A stretch of 64,000 nucleotides of DNA from a virus, in IMG/VR virus record IMGVR_UViG_3300042448_001253, positions 1 to 64,000 of that record; one strand, given 5' to 3'. Below are positions 34,237-44,630 of this stretch, in pieces. Position numbers and translations under genes: made by a program. Positions within the stretch are counted from its first letter, which is position 1; each line of letters begins with the position of its first letter. The notes under the pieces are model-generated. The model searched no databases and was not told the origin of the DNA. It saw only the letters and a list, made by a program, of their open reading frames with translations.

Positions 34237-34790
34237 CACTAAATCCTGACTGGTATGATGATGCCGAGTGCGGAAAAGCACAAAACAGAGACAAGATGGA
34301 ATTCTTTTTCTCTAACAATAAAAATGAGCAAGAGCAGGCTAAGAGCCTATGCTTTGCCTGCCCTGTAAGAAAAGAATGCATCAAGAGTGCTTTGGAAGAT
34401 AAGCAAATGTACGGCGTGTGGGGTGGCCTAGACCAGGGCGAGATGAGACGTACGTTGTCCATCAACTGGGAAGGTCAGGAGATGCGTAGAGGTAAGTACC
34501 CTATCTGTGCATACTGTGCGGCATCTACAATAAAACTAAAGACTAAAACAGTGAATAGACCTTCGGGAGGCCGATGGGCTACCATGCGTGTAGTGGAGTG
34601 CTCCAGTTGTAAGTTTGAGTGGCAGAGTAGAACCAGTGCAAATGCTGTAGACGCTTATCATGCTTGGCTTGCTGAGCGTTTGGCTAAAGCTGAGCGAGAT
34701 AAGATTAAAAATCAAAAGATTAGAGAAAAGAACAAGGCTAAGCAAGCAGCAAAAGACGCAAGAGCTGCTAGCAAAAAGAAACCTAGCTAA
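34233..34790 (+). CDS. whiB: Second WhiB family protein with zinc-ribbon and basic extension
   Basis: C...FF...AKSLCFACPVRKEC...YGVWGG, then CAYC...CSSC and a Lys-rich helix. Confidence 0.88.
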   Translation: MTLNPDWYDDAECGKAQNRDKMEFFFSNNKNEQEQAKSLCFACPVRKECIKSALEDKQMYGVWGGLDQGEMRRTLSINWEGQEMRRGKYPICAYCAASTIKLKTKTVNRPSGGRWATMRVVECSSCKFEWQSRTSANAVDAYHAWLAERLAKAERDKIKNQKIREKNKAKQAAKDARAASKKKPS

Positions 34791-35205
34791 GGTCTATAAT
34801 TCTTTTTCTTAGTTCGGTAGTGCTTACATCGTTTGTGTAAGGCACATAGACAAGACCAATACCCCGCTGGTCTAACCATTCCTGAGTAAAGCCCATCTGC
34901 TTATAGTAATCCTTAGAGGCCCAGTCCGAGCCAATAACTATGTAGTCAGGATTTACTAACTCAATGGCAGGCTTGCTATCAGGGCCACCAAAGTTTGGCA
35001 CTACCTCATCTACCCACTTACAAGCAAGTAATATCTCTCTACGTTCCTCGTAAGACATAATAAGTTTTTTCCCTTTGTATTGCTCCGAAAAGTGTGAAAG
35101 ATTGAGAGAGACAGTCACTAATCCAAAGTCGGCACAGCGTTCTAGTAATCTGTAGTGCCCGTGATGTGGAAGGTCGAAACTTCCGCCTGTATATACTCTT
35201 TTCAT
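34783..35205 (-). CDS. TagD-like cytidylyltransferase
   Basis: YTGGSFDLPHHGH (HxGH), YEER, IVIGSDW, YT..VSTTELR. Confidence 0.9.
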   Translation of the reverse strand: MKRVYTGGSFDLPHHGHYRLLERCADFGLVTVSLNLSHFSEQYKGKKLIMSYEERREILLACKWVDEVVPNFGGPDSKPAIELVNPDYIVIGSDWASKDYYKQMGFTQEWLDQRGIGLVYVPYTNDVSTTELRKRIIDLS

Positions 35206-36026
35206 TAGGGGATAAACCTGCCTTTATATTCGTGCAAGTTTGGGTATACCCTATCTATAGGCCAACCTTCATTAGGTGCATCTCTAAACTTGTTATAAAT
35301 ATTTTCATATATGCCCCAAATTTTACTTTTGCTGTACCCTAGAGAGTAAACATAATCAGCAAACTTTTCCTTAATAATCTCGCAGTCGAGATTAGAAGTA
35401 GTACCGTCGTGGCTAGAAGTAGTACCGCAAGTAAGGGTAAATGCTGTATCACGATAGATTTTCTTGTTGCTATACATAGTCCAAGCAGCGTATACAGTGT
35501 CTAGACAATGCCCAGATATCATTTTGTAGAAATCCATGTATTTGTGCAAAAGCATCCACTCATAAAAATCTAACATAAACAGTGCCAACTCACGTCTGAA
35601 GGCCACCCACAAACCATTTAGATGCAAAGAGAGAATAAACTTGTAGTGCTTTATTGACTTACCAATCATGGTCATAATGCCAGTAGGGTCATCGTTTATC
35701 ATTGCTGGAGCCATAAGCCATATGTCTTCATCTTTTGCCATAGACTGCTCTACTTTTACAGTTAGGTCAGCCTGCAGTGGACCAGACACATCCCCAGCGT
35801 TCCAAATAAAAACTTCATGGTCTGTTTTTGCAAAATCCACTAAAGAGTTGTAGAAGTGACCGTAGTATCTAACCTTCTCTGCAACAACCCAGTTAGGCTT
35901 CGGCTCTGGATTAGTAGATACGTCGAAAACTAGATACTCAAGATTAGCCGCACTAAGCTGATTAGAGATGTCTATAGACGTAGGCATAACCTCATCCCAA
36001 GCAACTACATAAGTTTTACTACTCAT
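35205..36026 (-). CDS. Hypothetical protein, possibly a diverged glycosyltransferase
   Basis: Stop overlaps the cytidylyltransferase ATG; VFIWNAGD, LNGLWVAFRR loosely GT-A-like. Confidence 0.55.
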   Translation of the reverse strand: MSSKTYVVAWDEVMPTSIDISNQLSAANLEYLVFDVSTNPEPKPNWVVAEKVRYYGHFYNSLVDFAKTDHEVFIWNAGDVSGPLQADLTVKVEQSMAKDEDIWLMAPAMINDDPTGIMTMIGKSIKHYKFILSLHLNGLWVAFRRELALFMLDFYEWMLLHKYMDFYKMISGHCLDTVYAAWTMYSNKKIYRDTAFTLTCGTTSSHDGTTSNLDCEIIKEKFADYVYSLGYSKSKIWGIYENIYNKFRDAPNEGWPIDRVYPNLHEYKGRFIP

Positions 36027-36028
36027 GC

Positions 36029-36157
36029 TTACCTAGAAAGTAGGTCTTTGAAAGCCTCTGCGTAAGTAGAGTAAGATGCAAGCACGGTGTGGGATAATTT
36101 GTTGTAAACAGCAAACTCTTCTACACCGCCTTTATTAGTTTTTAGGATTATATACAT
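36029..36157 (-). CDS. Small protein (42 aa, MYIILKTNKGGVEEFAVYNK...), not in the ORF track
   Basis: TAATG coupling to the upstream tail gene; fills the gap exactly. Confidence 0.5.
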   Translation of the reverse strand: MYIILKTNKGGVEEFAVYNKLSHTVLASYSTYAEAFKDLLSR

Positions 36158-39100
36158 TAGTTACCCTCCAGAATGTCTAGTCTATTTTTTAGAGAAGTAA
36201 TCAACGTGTCTTGATGTTTAATTGCAGATACAAGTGCAGAAACCATTTCTGCATAATACAATGAATCTGGAATTAAGTCTCCATCAGGAGTTCTGGCATA
36301 CCCTACAAAAACCTTTAAACTGTCTATCTCATCCACGTCTTCAGCAATAAAACCAGCATAAGTTATCGGATTCTCTAATTCTTCGACTTCTGACTTTAGT
36401 TTAAAAGTTTTTGGCTGAAGCTTTAGTATGTCTTCATAGATATAATCTACGTTAACTATGTCCTGTTTATATCTTGCGGATGACGTTGCATTAGTTAGAA
36501 TACCGGTGGAAGTTGAGTTAACGTTTCTGGTTCCGGCTCCAGCTAGGTTTCCAAACGTTCCGTTTCCATCTACGACTATATTGCTATTTGTGGACAGTAG
36601 CCCAGTAGTGCTTATAGTAGCTCCAGAAGTAGCATAACCACCGCCAACCTCCAAACTTCCAAGTGCCGATACTACAGACGTAGAAGTTCCAATGACAACA
36701 TTTCCACCAAAAGTATTTATGTTTAATGAAGCAATTGCCCCATCATTTACAGTTTGGATACCGTTATCATCAATTCTCAGATTGGCATTATTGGTCGGAC
36801 CTACCTGAAATGGGTGAGCTCCCTCAGCAAGATTATAGGCAGTAGTTGATGTTATACGAACAGTATTTGCAGTCACCCTACCGTTACTAGTGTAAACGTT
36901 TCCTATAGTTGTGTAAATATTTCCAGCAGTTGTGTAAATATCTCCACCAGTTGACTGAATATCTCCACCATTATCAGCGTGGAATCCAGTGCCCGAACTG
37001 AGAGTTGTTACGGTGTCAAGACTGGTTATAGTACTATTTACTACTAGAGGAATGTAAGAGGTTAAAGACGGGTCGCTTCCAAAAAGAACTTCTCCCTTAT
37101 CTATAACTATTAATTCTTTACCAGGGTCGGATAGATTTTCTACTTCCCAGCCCCAAGTTAGTCTATCGCTCCCTATGCGGATAGTGGAACGAGGGACAGT
37201 TTGACCGACTTGGGTGTAGTCGCCATAGCTTCCGGAAATTACCGCAGCTTGCCTACCAATAATATCGCCATCTAAAATACTCTTAAAATCAGAAGACAGT
37301 TCAAATCCTGAAGACCTGCCGCCAGTAATAAGCTTTAAACTAGAACCTAAATTTGAATAGCCAGTTATATCATTGTATTGATAGTTTCCGCCAGAAAAAG
37401 TGGTGGTTTCATATTCAGAGTCAATAAAAGGCTGATAAAGAGGGGCATCGTCTTGAGTTCCAATGGAAGGTCTAGATATCATAGTTTTAGTAAACGTATT
37501 ATTTCTAAAACCAATCTGATTGAAGTAATCTAAAGTTGCTGCTTGAGTTGTTAAGTCAATATTCATCCAAGTTTTGGTACCCTCAATTGACGCCTGAGCA
37601 GGGTTATAACTAGGAACGTCCTCAGTAGTCGCAAACCATCGATTAGTCGCTAGTTCAGAGCCGTAAAAGAAATTAGGTGCTGTAGATAAATGAACGTTAT
37701 CTACTATGTATCCCGTATTTGCTAATTTAGTGCCAGAGACAGTTACGTTACCATCGTGTTTAAGCATCCAGCCAGGTAAATCTACGTAAATATCCTCACC
37801 GGTAGCAAAAGAAGTAGGGTCAGCAGCCTGATATGCAGCAGCAATAGAGGCACCGTCAACTGCAAGAGAGCCAGTCTTCGGCATTGGCGAAACATCTATA
37901 TCGGTTTCACTGTATTGAATATAGTAATCATTAGCGTAGCTTATTAAGTATTTATTAGTACCAGCGTCCCACTGAGATTGCGTGAGTGGCGAAAGTACAT
38001 CGTAAAGATTAGTAGTTTGGCCATTAGGGTATCTTAGCCTAATAGCGGATAAATCTAAGGCGGCCTCATAAACCTTATAAATGTCGCTAAACCCTATTTT
38101 ACCGGGTATATTTACCCTAGGAATAATTATCCCCGGAGCAGGAAAAGTACCATCCACATCTATGTAAAATTTAGTAGTGGTCGGAGCTGGGCTGGCTGCT
38201 ACAACATAAGTATACCCAGACGAGCCATTAGGCAAAGTGTGTGGTAGATAGCTAGTACCGCCATAGGATGAATTGAAATCAAAGAATACAGAGTCGCCTG
38301 CAACCAACCCATGGCTTGTTGAAGTAGTTACTTCGAAGAACCAGTTGGTAGAAACGCTATAACTAACCATAGAAGTTATAGTTATGGAAGAAGGGTTATA
38401 GTAGGGAAATACAGTTAAATTAAAATACAGGGGTCTTTCAATTTCAAAAAGCTTATACGCATTTCCAGCAGTATAGTCAATCTTTGCAGACAAGTATCCA
38501 GAACTAGTCGAGTTCCAAGTTAATGCACCTCCGTAAGAGCTACCAGAGACGTAGTCACTTAGGATTGAGACAGTGGATAGCGTTAATCCGCTACCTACGG
38601 TGCCCCATGAATCATTAGCTGAATTAAGGTCCCCAACAGAGTCTAGATATTCAAAGCTAGGATTCTCAATAAGGTTGACATCCTCAGCAGAAACATAGGA
38701 CAGTCCTTGGTTAGAGAAGTAGCCGTAATCAAACTCACGCTTCGAGTAGTCTCTTAGGTATAGACCAGCAATGTCTGGGTTATATAAAGTTACAGTACCG
38801 ATTGCTGTATTATCTACAGGGTCTCCACTAGAGTCTAGGTCAGTAAAGTCAATACCCTCGTTGATGTAACTAATAGTATCTCCAGCAACTTGAATAATAG
38901 AAACTGGTGAAGATATAGCATTAAAGCCGTCTACATCGTTGTCGATAGATACGTAAACTCTATCTCCCAAAAGAAAAGCATGTCCGGGAGTTGTAATGGT
39001 TGCGATATTGTCTCTACGATACTTAGAAACAATAAGATTCGGCTCCAACTCGTAAGACTTAAAAAGACCAACGTATGTACCATCAGTTTTATTTACGTCC

Positions 39101-39483
39101 GAGTCTCCAACGGCAGAGCTCTCAAGAAAAGTTCCATAGAGAGTTATGTCACCAAAAGTACGGCTAACAGAAGGGGAGCTAATATTCCAGTAACCAATAG
39201 TTCCAGAGTATGCGTTAATATCTCCACGCACAAACACGTCAGAAAACTCTGCTACTCCAGAACCACTAATACGCCACCCAGCGTAGTTAGGGATGTAGTT
39301 ACTACTGTAGATACCATTGGATGCTAGAGAAAGCTCATCGGCAAGTGCCCCTCCACCCACCGAACCCTCTGTAGGACCGAGCCCTGTGGTATCTGCTCTA
39401 GACTTTAGTACCGAAACTTCGTCATTTATGGATGATAAATATGCACTAAAACTTTTAGTTCTAGTTATTCTTCTACTTGCCAA
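36157..39483 (-). CDS. Tail spike/fibre with C-terminal intramolecular chaperone (peptidase S74) domain
   Basis: SSARYKQDI...ILKLQPKTF...GFIAEDV...Y.EMVS.LV.AIK plus terminal coiled coil; N-terminal GWRISGSG.AEF. Confidence 0.85.
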   Translation of the reverse strand: MASRRITRTKSFSAYLSSINDEVSVLKSRADTTGLGPTEGSVGGGALADELSLASNGIYSSNYIPNYAGWRISGSGVAEFSDVFVRGDINAYSGTIGYWNISSPSVSRTFGDITLYGTFLESSAVGDSDVNKTDGTYVGLFKSYELEPNLIVSKYRRDNIATITTPGHAFLLGDRVYVSIDNDVDGFNAISSPVSIIQVAGDTISYINEGIDFTDLDSSGDPVDNTAIGTVTLYNPDIAGLYLRDYSKREFDYGYFSNQGLSYVSAEDVNLIENPSFEYLDSVGDLNSANDSWGTVGSGLTLSTVSILSDYVSGSSYGGALTWNSTSSGYLSAKIDYTAGNAYKLFEIERPLYFNLTVFPYYNPSSITITSMVSYSVSTNWFFEVTTSTSHGLVAGDSVFFDFNSSYGGTSYLPHTLPNGSSGYTYVVAASPAPTTTKFYIDVDGTFPAPGIIIPRVNIPGKIGFSDIYKVYEAALDLSAIRLRYPNGQTTNLYDVLSPLTQSQWDAGTNKYLISYANDYYIQYSETDIDVSPMPKTGSLAVDGASIAAAYQAADPTSFATGEDIYVDLPGWMLKHDGNVTVSGTKLANTGYIVDNVHLSTAPNFFYGSELATNRWFATTEDVPSYNPAQASIEGTKTWMNIDLTTQAATLDYFNQIGFRNNTFTKTMISRPSIGTQDDAPLYQPFIDSEYETTTFSGGNYQYNDITGYSNLGSSLKLITGGRSSGFELSSDFKSILDGDIIGRQAAVISGSYGDYTQVGQTVPRSTIRIGSDRLTWGWEVENLSDPGKELIVIDKGEVLFGSDPSLTSYIPLVVNSTITSLDTVTTLSSGTGFHADNGGDIQSTGGDIYTTAGNIYTTIGNVYTSNGRVTANTVRITSTTAYNLAEGAHPFQVGPTNNANLRIDDNGIQTVNDGAIASLNINTFGGNVVIGTSTSVVSALGSLEVGGGYATSGATISTTGLLSTNSNIVVDGNGTFGNLAGAGTRNVNSTSTGILTNATSSARYKQDIVNVDYIYEDILKLQPKTFKLKSEVEELENPITYAGFIAEDVDEIDSLKVFVGYARTPDGDLIPDSLYYAEMVSALVSAIKHQDTLITSLKNRLDILEGN

Positions 39484-42400
39484 TTGTGTCTACCTGCCAA
39501 TCAGGAACTAGGGTTAAATCAATCATCTCCGGGAATGCCGGATTATTAGGCACAGACACTTTAATTGCATCAATTTTACGAACAATAACATCTTTTCTAG
39601 GCTCTAGCGGACTATTCAAACGATTTTTTATAAAGTCATCGTTAATAATGATAGAGCACCAATCGCCGGGGTCATAGCTACCAACCGCAGGAGTTAGAGA
39701 ACCATTTACGCTAATAGTTATATCCCCCTGAGGAGGCTTGGATTCACTTAGGAATCTGACAGCAGATGTGTGGAAATCTGTCTCCATATCGTAATTACCG
39801 TAATCATCAATGTTTTTATTGTCTGGAGCATTTGATTGCGGGTAACTTACCGTTTCTTTTTTATCTAGTAGAGGCCACCCAGCAGCCAATAGGGTCGTAT
39901 CAGACGCAGCAGAATAAGGAACTTCCGCCACCCCACTACCATTGCTGCTAGACGAGACAAACATACGAGTAGCTGAATCCTGAGCACTTTCGGTCATGTT
40001 GACGTTAGTGATATTTCCCGGATACTCAAAGATAACTTTGTCTGCACCAAAAGCAGCAGGCGGTGCCCACTGACCTACAGCAAGTTTATTACCTGGCAGA
40101 CTATTCAAGTACTGAGTCATAGAGTCTGGATAAATCGGGATAAGAACAAATGTTCTAGTAAAGTTTTTATTGCCTTGAGCATCATAGGTTAAATTGCAAT
40201 CAACTCTATATTCAAATCCTCCGATACCGCTACTGTATTTGTCCAGAATACTTGCAACCGTATTTAATGAACTTCCCGTAATTGGTGTGTTTTGAATAGC
40301 ATTTCCGCTGTAGTCATTGGTGGAATATGAAAGTCCAATATCAGCATTGAGCGGGAATTCACCAAAAGTCCTAGAAAAAATTGTCGGAATTCGTTGAATA
40401 AAAGCCCCCGGAACTGCATAGCCGTCGTATGAAGGACCGTTAAAATTAACATAACTAGTTACTGAAATAGTACCGTTGTTTCTAGTTTTTTTAACATCGG
40501 CAGTTCCTGCAGTCACTGAAAAACTTATACTAGACACTCCAGTATTAGTTATAGTCCTAGAACCATTTACCGAAGCAGCTATACTAGATACAGTAATTAC
40601 ATCGCCTCCAACCAGATTGTGGCTAGAATTACCAGCAAAAAACAAAGTAGCAACGTCATCGCTTATGGAGTAATACGAAATCTTAACAGGTGCCCTCATA
40701 ACATAACTAAAAGTGTCCTCAGTTACAGCTGTAATCTCTCTAGCAAGACCTCCCTGCTCAAATGCCGCTGAATACTTACCAAAAATATTTACTTCAGCAA
40801 AATCACCAACTTTAAAGTCATGCCCCTCAGAGGTAAAGATAGCCACTGTAGGGGTAGAGCTCGACCTAAATACGCCACTTATTTCCTGAACCTGAGCATT
40901 AGTTTTAGTAAAATCTAAACGTGCAGTTCCGCTGGTAGACTGCCATTTTTCTATTTTTGCTTTAGATAATGAAGGATATTTTGCATCAGTATAGCTAGCA
41001 TCAAAGCCCGGGTAAGGAAGATTATTTAGCACTAAAGTACTCTTGCCATCATCTGTTTTTAAGTTATTTACAACGGTCACCCTGGTAGATGTTTTTCCAT
41101 CAGAATAATTAGAGTTGGATGCAGTTTTTTTGACAGTATGCGCTCCATTAAGTTTAGAGAACTTTAGAACTTTTTTAGTAGTCGTAGAGGTGTAATTCTG
41201 CAAACCTAAAACGTTAATTTTAGAACCAACACTAATATTTGATTTATTATATGAAGGAACTTTTGCCGTACCGGTGGTCGACAGAGTGTACTCTGTCCCA
41301 ATTGCATCATCGCTAGCAACGCCGTTGCCGCTTTTTTCTGATAAGAAGTCGTACTTTACAGAGAAAGTAGAACCGCTAACATAAGCAACAGTACCGGTGC
41401 GGTTGAACTGCTCAAAGTTTTTATAGGTATTAGTTACCTTATTTTTATTATAAACAATCGAAGAAAGACCATTCCCATTATAAGAGTCAAAATTATAATT
41501 AGCAGGAAAAGCAGTAAACGATATAGTTACAGTTTGACTATCAACGACCTTTGCTACATTAATTTCACGATTATTAAAAGGTAAAAATAAATTAAGATAA
41601 GACTGTTTAGAGTATACGGACCACCCCGCTTTTTTGATAGGGTGCTTAGTCAGAAATCCGGATATTTTTATAGTATTTTTATTGGTAGGTTTTTTGGAAT
41701 CGTTAAATCCGCTACCCACTGGAAGGCCATGACCAGTAGCAAATTTTATAGTCATAGTTTTTCCCGGCTGCTTTTGTATGCCAGCAGTCGCAGCAAAAAG
41801 CGAACCAGCAAAATAAGAAAAACTTTCAATGCTAGGAGTGGCAGTAGTAGTGCTAGTAGTAATGCTTCCGGAGTCCTGCAGTCCGGAGATAGTTACTTTA
41901 TCGCCAACTACAAAAGTTGTAGCCGAAGAAGTGGTGTAGGTTACATAGTTCTCGTTTGCTGCACCTTTATGCCATTTAGGTTTTATTTTGGTAATTGTAT
42001 TTGTTTTAGCAGCAACAGCAGTCCCCTTTTCTACAATGTCAAAAGCTACAACTTTTTGCCCGTCAGTGTCCGTATCAAAAACAACACCTCTAATCTCCAT
42101 AGAGTCTGTTTGAGGGATAGAGTTGCTTATTTTATAGCTAATCGTGTCCCTAGTAGTTTGAGTTATTTTTACAGATTTTCTGTCATTTTCTAAATCTGAA
42201 TTTTTAGTTCCATGCATGTCTACAAATATGTAATCACCGACTGCAAGTCCGTGGTCAATCGAGTATAGAGTTACCTGACCACCCTCATTGACGTTTTTTC
42301 CGTCAGCATGGCTGAAAGCTATGGACACGGGCTGAGGGGCACCGACAACTGACTTTATTCTAGTAACTATTCCAGATTTAGAGACAAAACCTTCGGTATC

Positions 42401-44587
42401 TTTTTTCGGGGGAATAGGGTCCTTTGTTGTAGAGCTAGAGTTTTTTGGGACAATGTATGTAAAAGTATTTATGTCTTGAACTGTAACGACTTTTACATAG
42501 TCAGCTCCATAGTACTTTTGGTCCTCTTCCTTTGAATATTTAATTGAAACAAAATCCCCGGGATTTAAGTTATGTCTAGTAGTAGTGCTTACTATCATCT
42601 TGTTAGTAGACGCTCCTGCATCAGCTTTATAGCTGATTTTTACAATATTTGATACGGCATCAGGTTCTTTTAGCGTAACACTATACTTAATCTCGCTATA
42701 TGCAGGCTCGTATGATAGCCAAGATTTACCATTTACGGATGCAATACCGCCGGAAGTGACGCCTCTATAACTAGTAGGCTCAAAAAACATTCTAAAATAA
42801 ATGTAGTATCTGCCGCCGTGAGACGCAGATGGCTTTGAATCCTCTTCAATTCTAAAATAACCATTGAGAGCACTAATATCGTCAGCAGTAGGAGTAGCCG
42901 TGCTTGTGGTTAGTCCCTCAACTAAAACCTCATCGCCGGCTTTAAACTTAGGGTCTGTTGTATCAAAATAAAGATAGACAAGGGTGTCAGTCTGGTAACT
43001 TGTTGCATCTTCGATGTCCGGGTCAACGACTACTTCATAGTATCTTATCGTGTATGAGTCTCCCGGTGCTACATCGTACACTTCAGCGTAGCCATCAAAA
43101 ATAGGCTCAGACCACTTGCTCGCATAGCCGTCAACGTTTACTATTTTTACCTGTTCACCGATATTGTATCCGTGATTTGCGCCAGCAGGAAATACCTTAA
43201 GTAAGGTTTTTTCTGCAGCATTTTTAACAATGTTTTTTTCTGGATTTTCAACGGACTGCTTTTTTCTATTGTATTTTGCATCCGAATGTCCTGGAACAGG
43301 GTCGGTAAAAAATATACTTCTAGATGTTATATCTGTAATTTGAACAGTATTGTTATACTTTTCATAATCAAAGCTATTTACATCTTTATTATTTTCAGTT
43401 TGAAGAGCAGGTTTTTTTCCTTCAATCGCTACAATTACTTTATCTCCAACGGAGAACCTGTGAGCAGAGTTCAATGTAAGCTCTACTAGACCAGCGGTCC
43501 TGGTTAAGTGAGTTATGTACTCCTCATTGTACTTGGTAATCTGCCTATACTGAACCGGAGTTTGTTGAATAGATACCGAAGTTTCCGCAATATTGGTGAG
43601 CGGTATAGGGCTTAATTTATTGAAATTACTAATCGGATTACTGATTACGTATGTAATTTTAGTTGGGCTAGGTATCTCAGAAACAAGATATCTACCATTC
43701 AGTAAATCGTCTACGTTCGAAATTTCTATTCTTTGGCCAGCAACCAATCCGTGAGGTAGGTCAGTGGTTAAAGTTGCAACTCCATTATCTTCATCTGTAG
43801 TTACTAATTCTTTTTTAGTAACCGTTATAGGAACTCTAATTCCTGGAGTAATTTCTTCGTTAGGGAACTGTACATACTCAAAATCATTCAAAGTGTTGTC
43901 AATTAAGTTTCGTAAAAACTCATAGGTATCGACCTTCATCGTTACAGTTACATTAGGGTAGCTGCCAGTAGGCGGAATAGGGAGTTTTTTAATATCAACA
44001 TAAAAGGAGTTCTGACCCGGGTCCGCAGGAGCACCGTCATCATCAATATTTAAAACTCTATAATTACCAGTGTATTTTCTCAAACTACTAGTCAAGAACG
44101 AGATACGAACACTTTCTCCGTCAGCTCCTCCCCTAGGAGCTTCTAGTAAAGTCCTACTAGTAGACTGTACGAGAACCTTACCGTTCTTTTCAATTTTAAT
44201 AACCTTAGCTGTAAAAGTCTGAGAATAAGCTTTCCAAATCATCCTGTGGTTTAGGTAGCTAGTAAACTCGCTTGCAGAGAAGCTAAGGCTACGGCCTACC
44301 ATGTCATAGGTTCTGCCCCAAATAATCCCACCCCAGACACAAACTCCGTCTCTAACTGCGTAGATAGCAGTTTTACCGGGCATGGTTGCGTTATATAAAT
44401 CAAGAGCATTTGTCTGATTAGTAATGGTAATTTTTCCATCAAAGCTGCCAGGGCTCTTTAGGCTACGCTCGTAGTTTACGTCTTCTAAAGATAGTTCACC
44501 AATAATAGTATTAGTGACGAGGTCAGCTGTATAGTAGCGGTAGCGAGGGGCAGTGGTACTACCTACCGGTATAACAATATCTGGCAT
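39473..44587 (-). CDS. Large minor tail / tail-tip hub protein with about 10 inserted repeat modules
   Basis: N-terminal RYRYYTADL...GKTAIYAVRDG.CVWGGIIW and C-terminal FEYPGNI...YDPGDW halves flanking HGL..GD repeats. Confidence 0.8.
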   Translation of the reverse strand: MPDIVIPVGSTTAPRYRYYTADLVTNTIIGELSLEDVNYERSLKSPGSFDGKITITNQTNALDLYNATMPGKTAIYAVRDGVCVWGGIIWGRTYDMVGRSLSFSASEFTSYLNHRMIWKAYSQTFTAKVIKIEKNGKVLVQSTSRTLLEAPRGGADGESVRISFLTSSLRKYTGNYRVLNIDDDGAPADPGQNSFYVDIKKLPIPPTGSYPNVTVTMKVDTYEFLRNLIDNTLNDFEYVQFPNEEITPGIRVPITVTKKELVTTDEDNGVATLTTDLPHGLVAGQRIEISNVDDLLNGRYLVSEIPSPTKITYVISNPISNFNKLSPIPLTNIAETSVSIQQTPVQYRQITKYNEEYITHLTRTAGLVELTLNSAHRFSVGDKVIVAIEGKKPALQTENNKDVNSFDYEKYNNTVQITDITSRSIFFTDPVPGHSDAKYNRKKQSVENPEKNIVKNAAEKTLLKVFPAGANHGYNIGEQVKIVNVDGYASKWSEPIFDGYAEVYDVAPGDSYTIRYYEVVVDPDIEDATSYQTDTLVYLYFDTTDPKFKAGDEVLVEGLTTSTATPTADDISALNGYFRIEEDSKPSASHGGRYYIYFRMFFEPTSYRGVTSGGIASVNGKSWLSYEPAYSEIKYSVTLKEPDAVSNIVKISYKADAGASTNKMIVSTTTRHNLNPGDFVSIKYSKEEDQKYYGADYVKVVTVQDINTFTYIVPKNSSSTTKDPIPPKKDTEGFVSKSGIVTRIKSVVGAPQPVSIAFSHADGKNVNEGGQVTLYSIDHGLAVGDYIFVDMHGTKNSDLENDRKSVKITQTTRDTISYKISNSIPQTDSMEIRGVVFDTDTDGQKVVAFDIVEKGTAVAAKTNTITKIKPKWHKGAANENYVTYTTSSATTFVVGDKVTISGLQDSGSITTSTTTATPSIESFSYFAGSLFAATAGIQKQPGKTMTIKFATGHGLPVGSGFNDSKKPTNKNTIKISGFLTKHPIKKAGWSVYSKQSYLNLFLPFNNREINVAKVVDSQTVTISFTAFPANYNFDSYNGNGLSSIVYNKNKVTNTYKNFEQFNRTGTVAYVSGSTFSVKYDFLSEKSGNGVASDDAIGTEYTLSTTGTAKVPSYNKSNISVGSKINVLGLQNYTSTTTKKVLKFSKLNGAHTVKKTASNSNYSDGKTSTRVTVVNNLKTDDGKSTLVLNNLPYPGFDASYTDAKYPSLSKAKIEKWQSTSGTARLDFTKTNAQVQEISGVFRSSSTPTVAIFTSEGHDFKVGDFAEVNIFGKYSAAFEQGGLAREITAVTEDTFSYVMRAPVKISYYSISDDVATLFFAGNSSHNLVGGDVITVSSIAASVNGSRTITNTGVSSISFSVTAGTADVKKTRNNGTISVTSYVNFNGPSYDGYAVPGAFIQRIPTIFSRTFGEFPLNADIGLSYSTNDYSGNAIQNTPITGSSLNTVASILDKYSSGIGGFEYRVDCNLTYDAQGNKNFTRTFVLIPIYPDSMTQYLNSLPGNKLAVGQWAPPAAFGADKVIFEYPGNITNVNMTESAQDSATRMFVSSSSNGSGVAEVPYSAASDTTLLAAGWPLLDKKETVSYPQSNAPDNKNIDDYGNYDMETDFHTSAVRFLSESKPPQGDITISVNGSLTPAVGSYDPGDWCSIIINDDFIKNRLNSPLEPRKDVIVRKIDAIKVSVPNNPAFPEMIDLTLVPDWQVDTIGK

Positions 44588-44630
44588 TATTTCCTCACGT
44601 AATCGTCTTCAGTACTTTGCTAGTACTATT

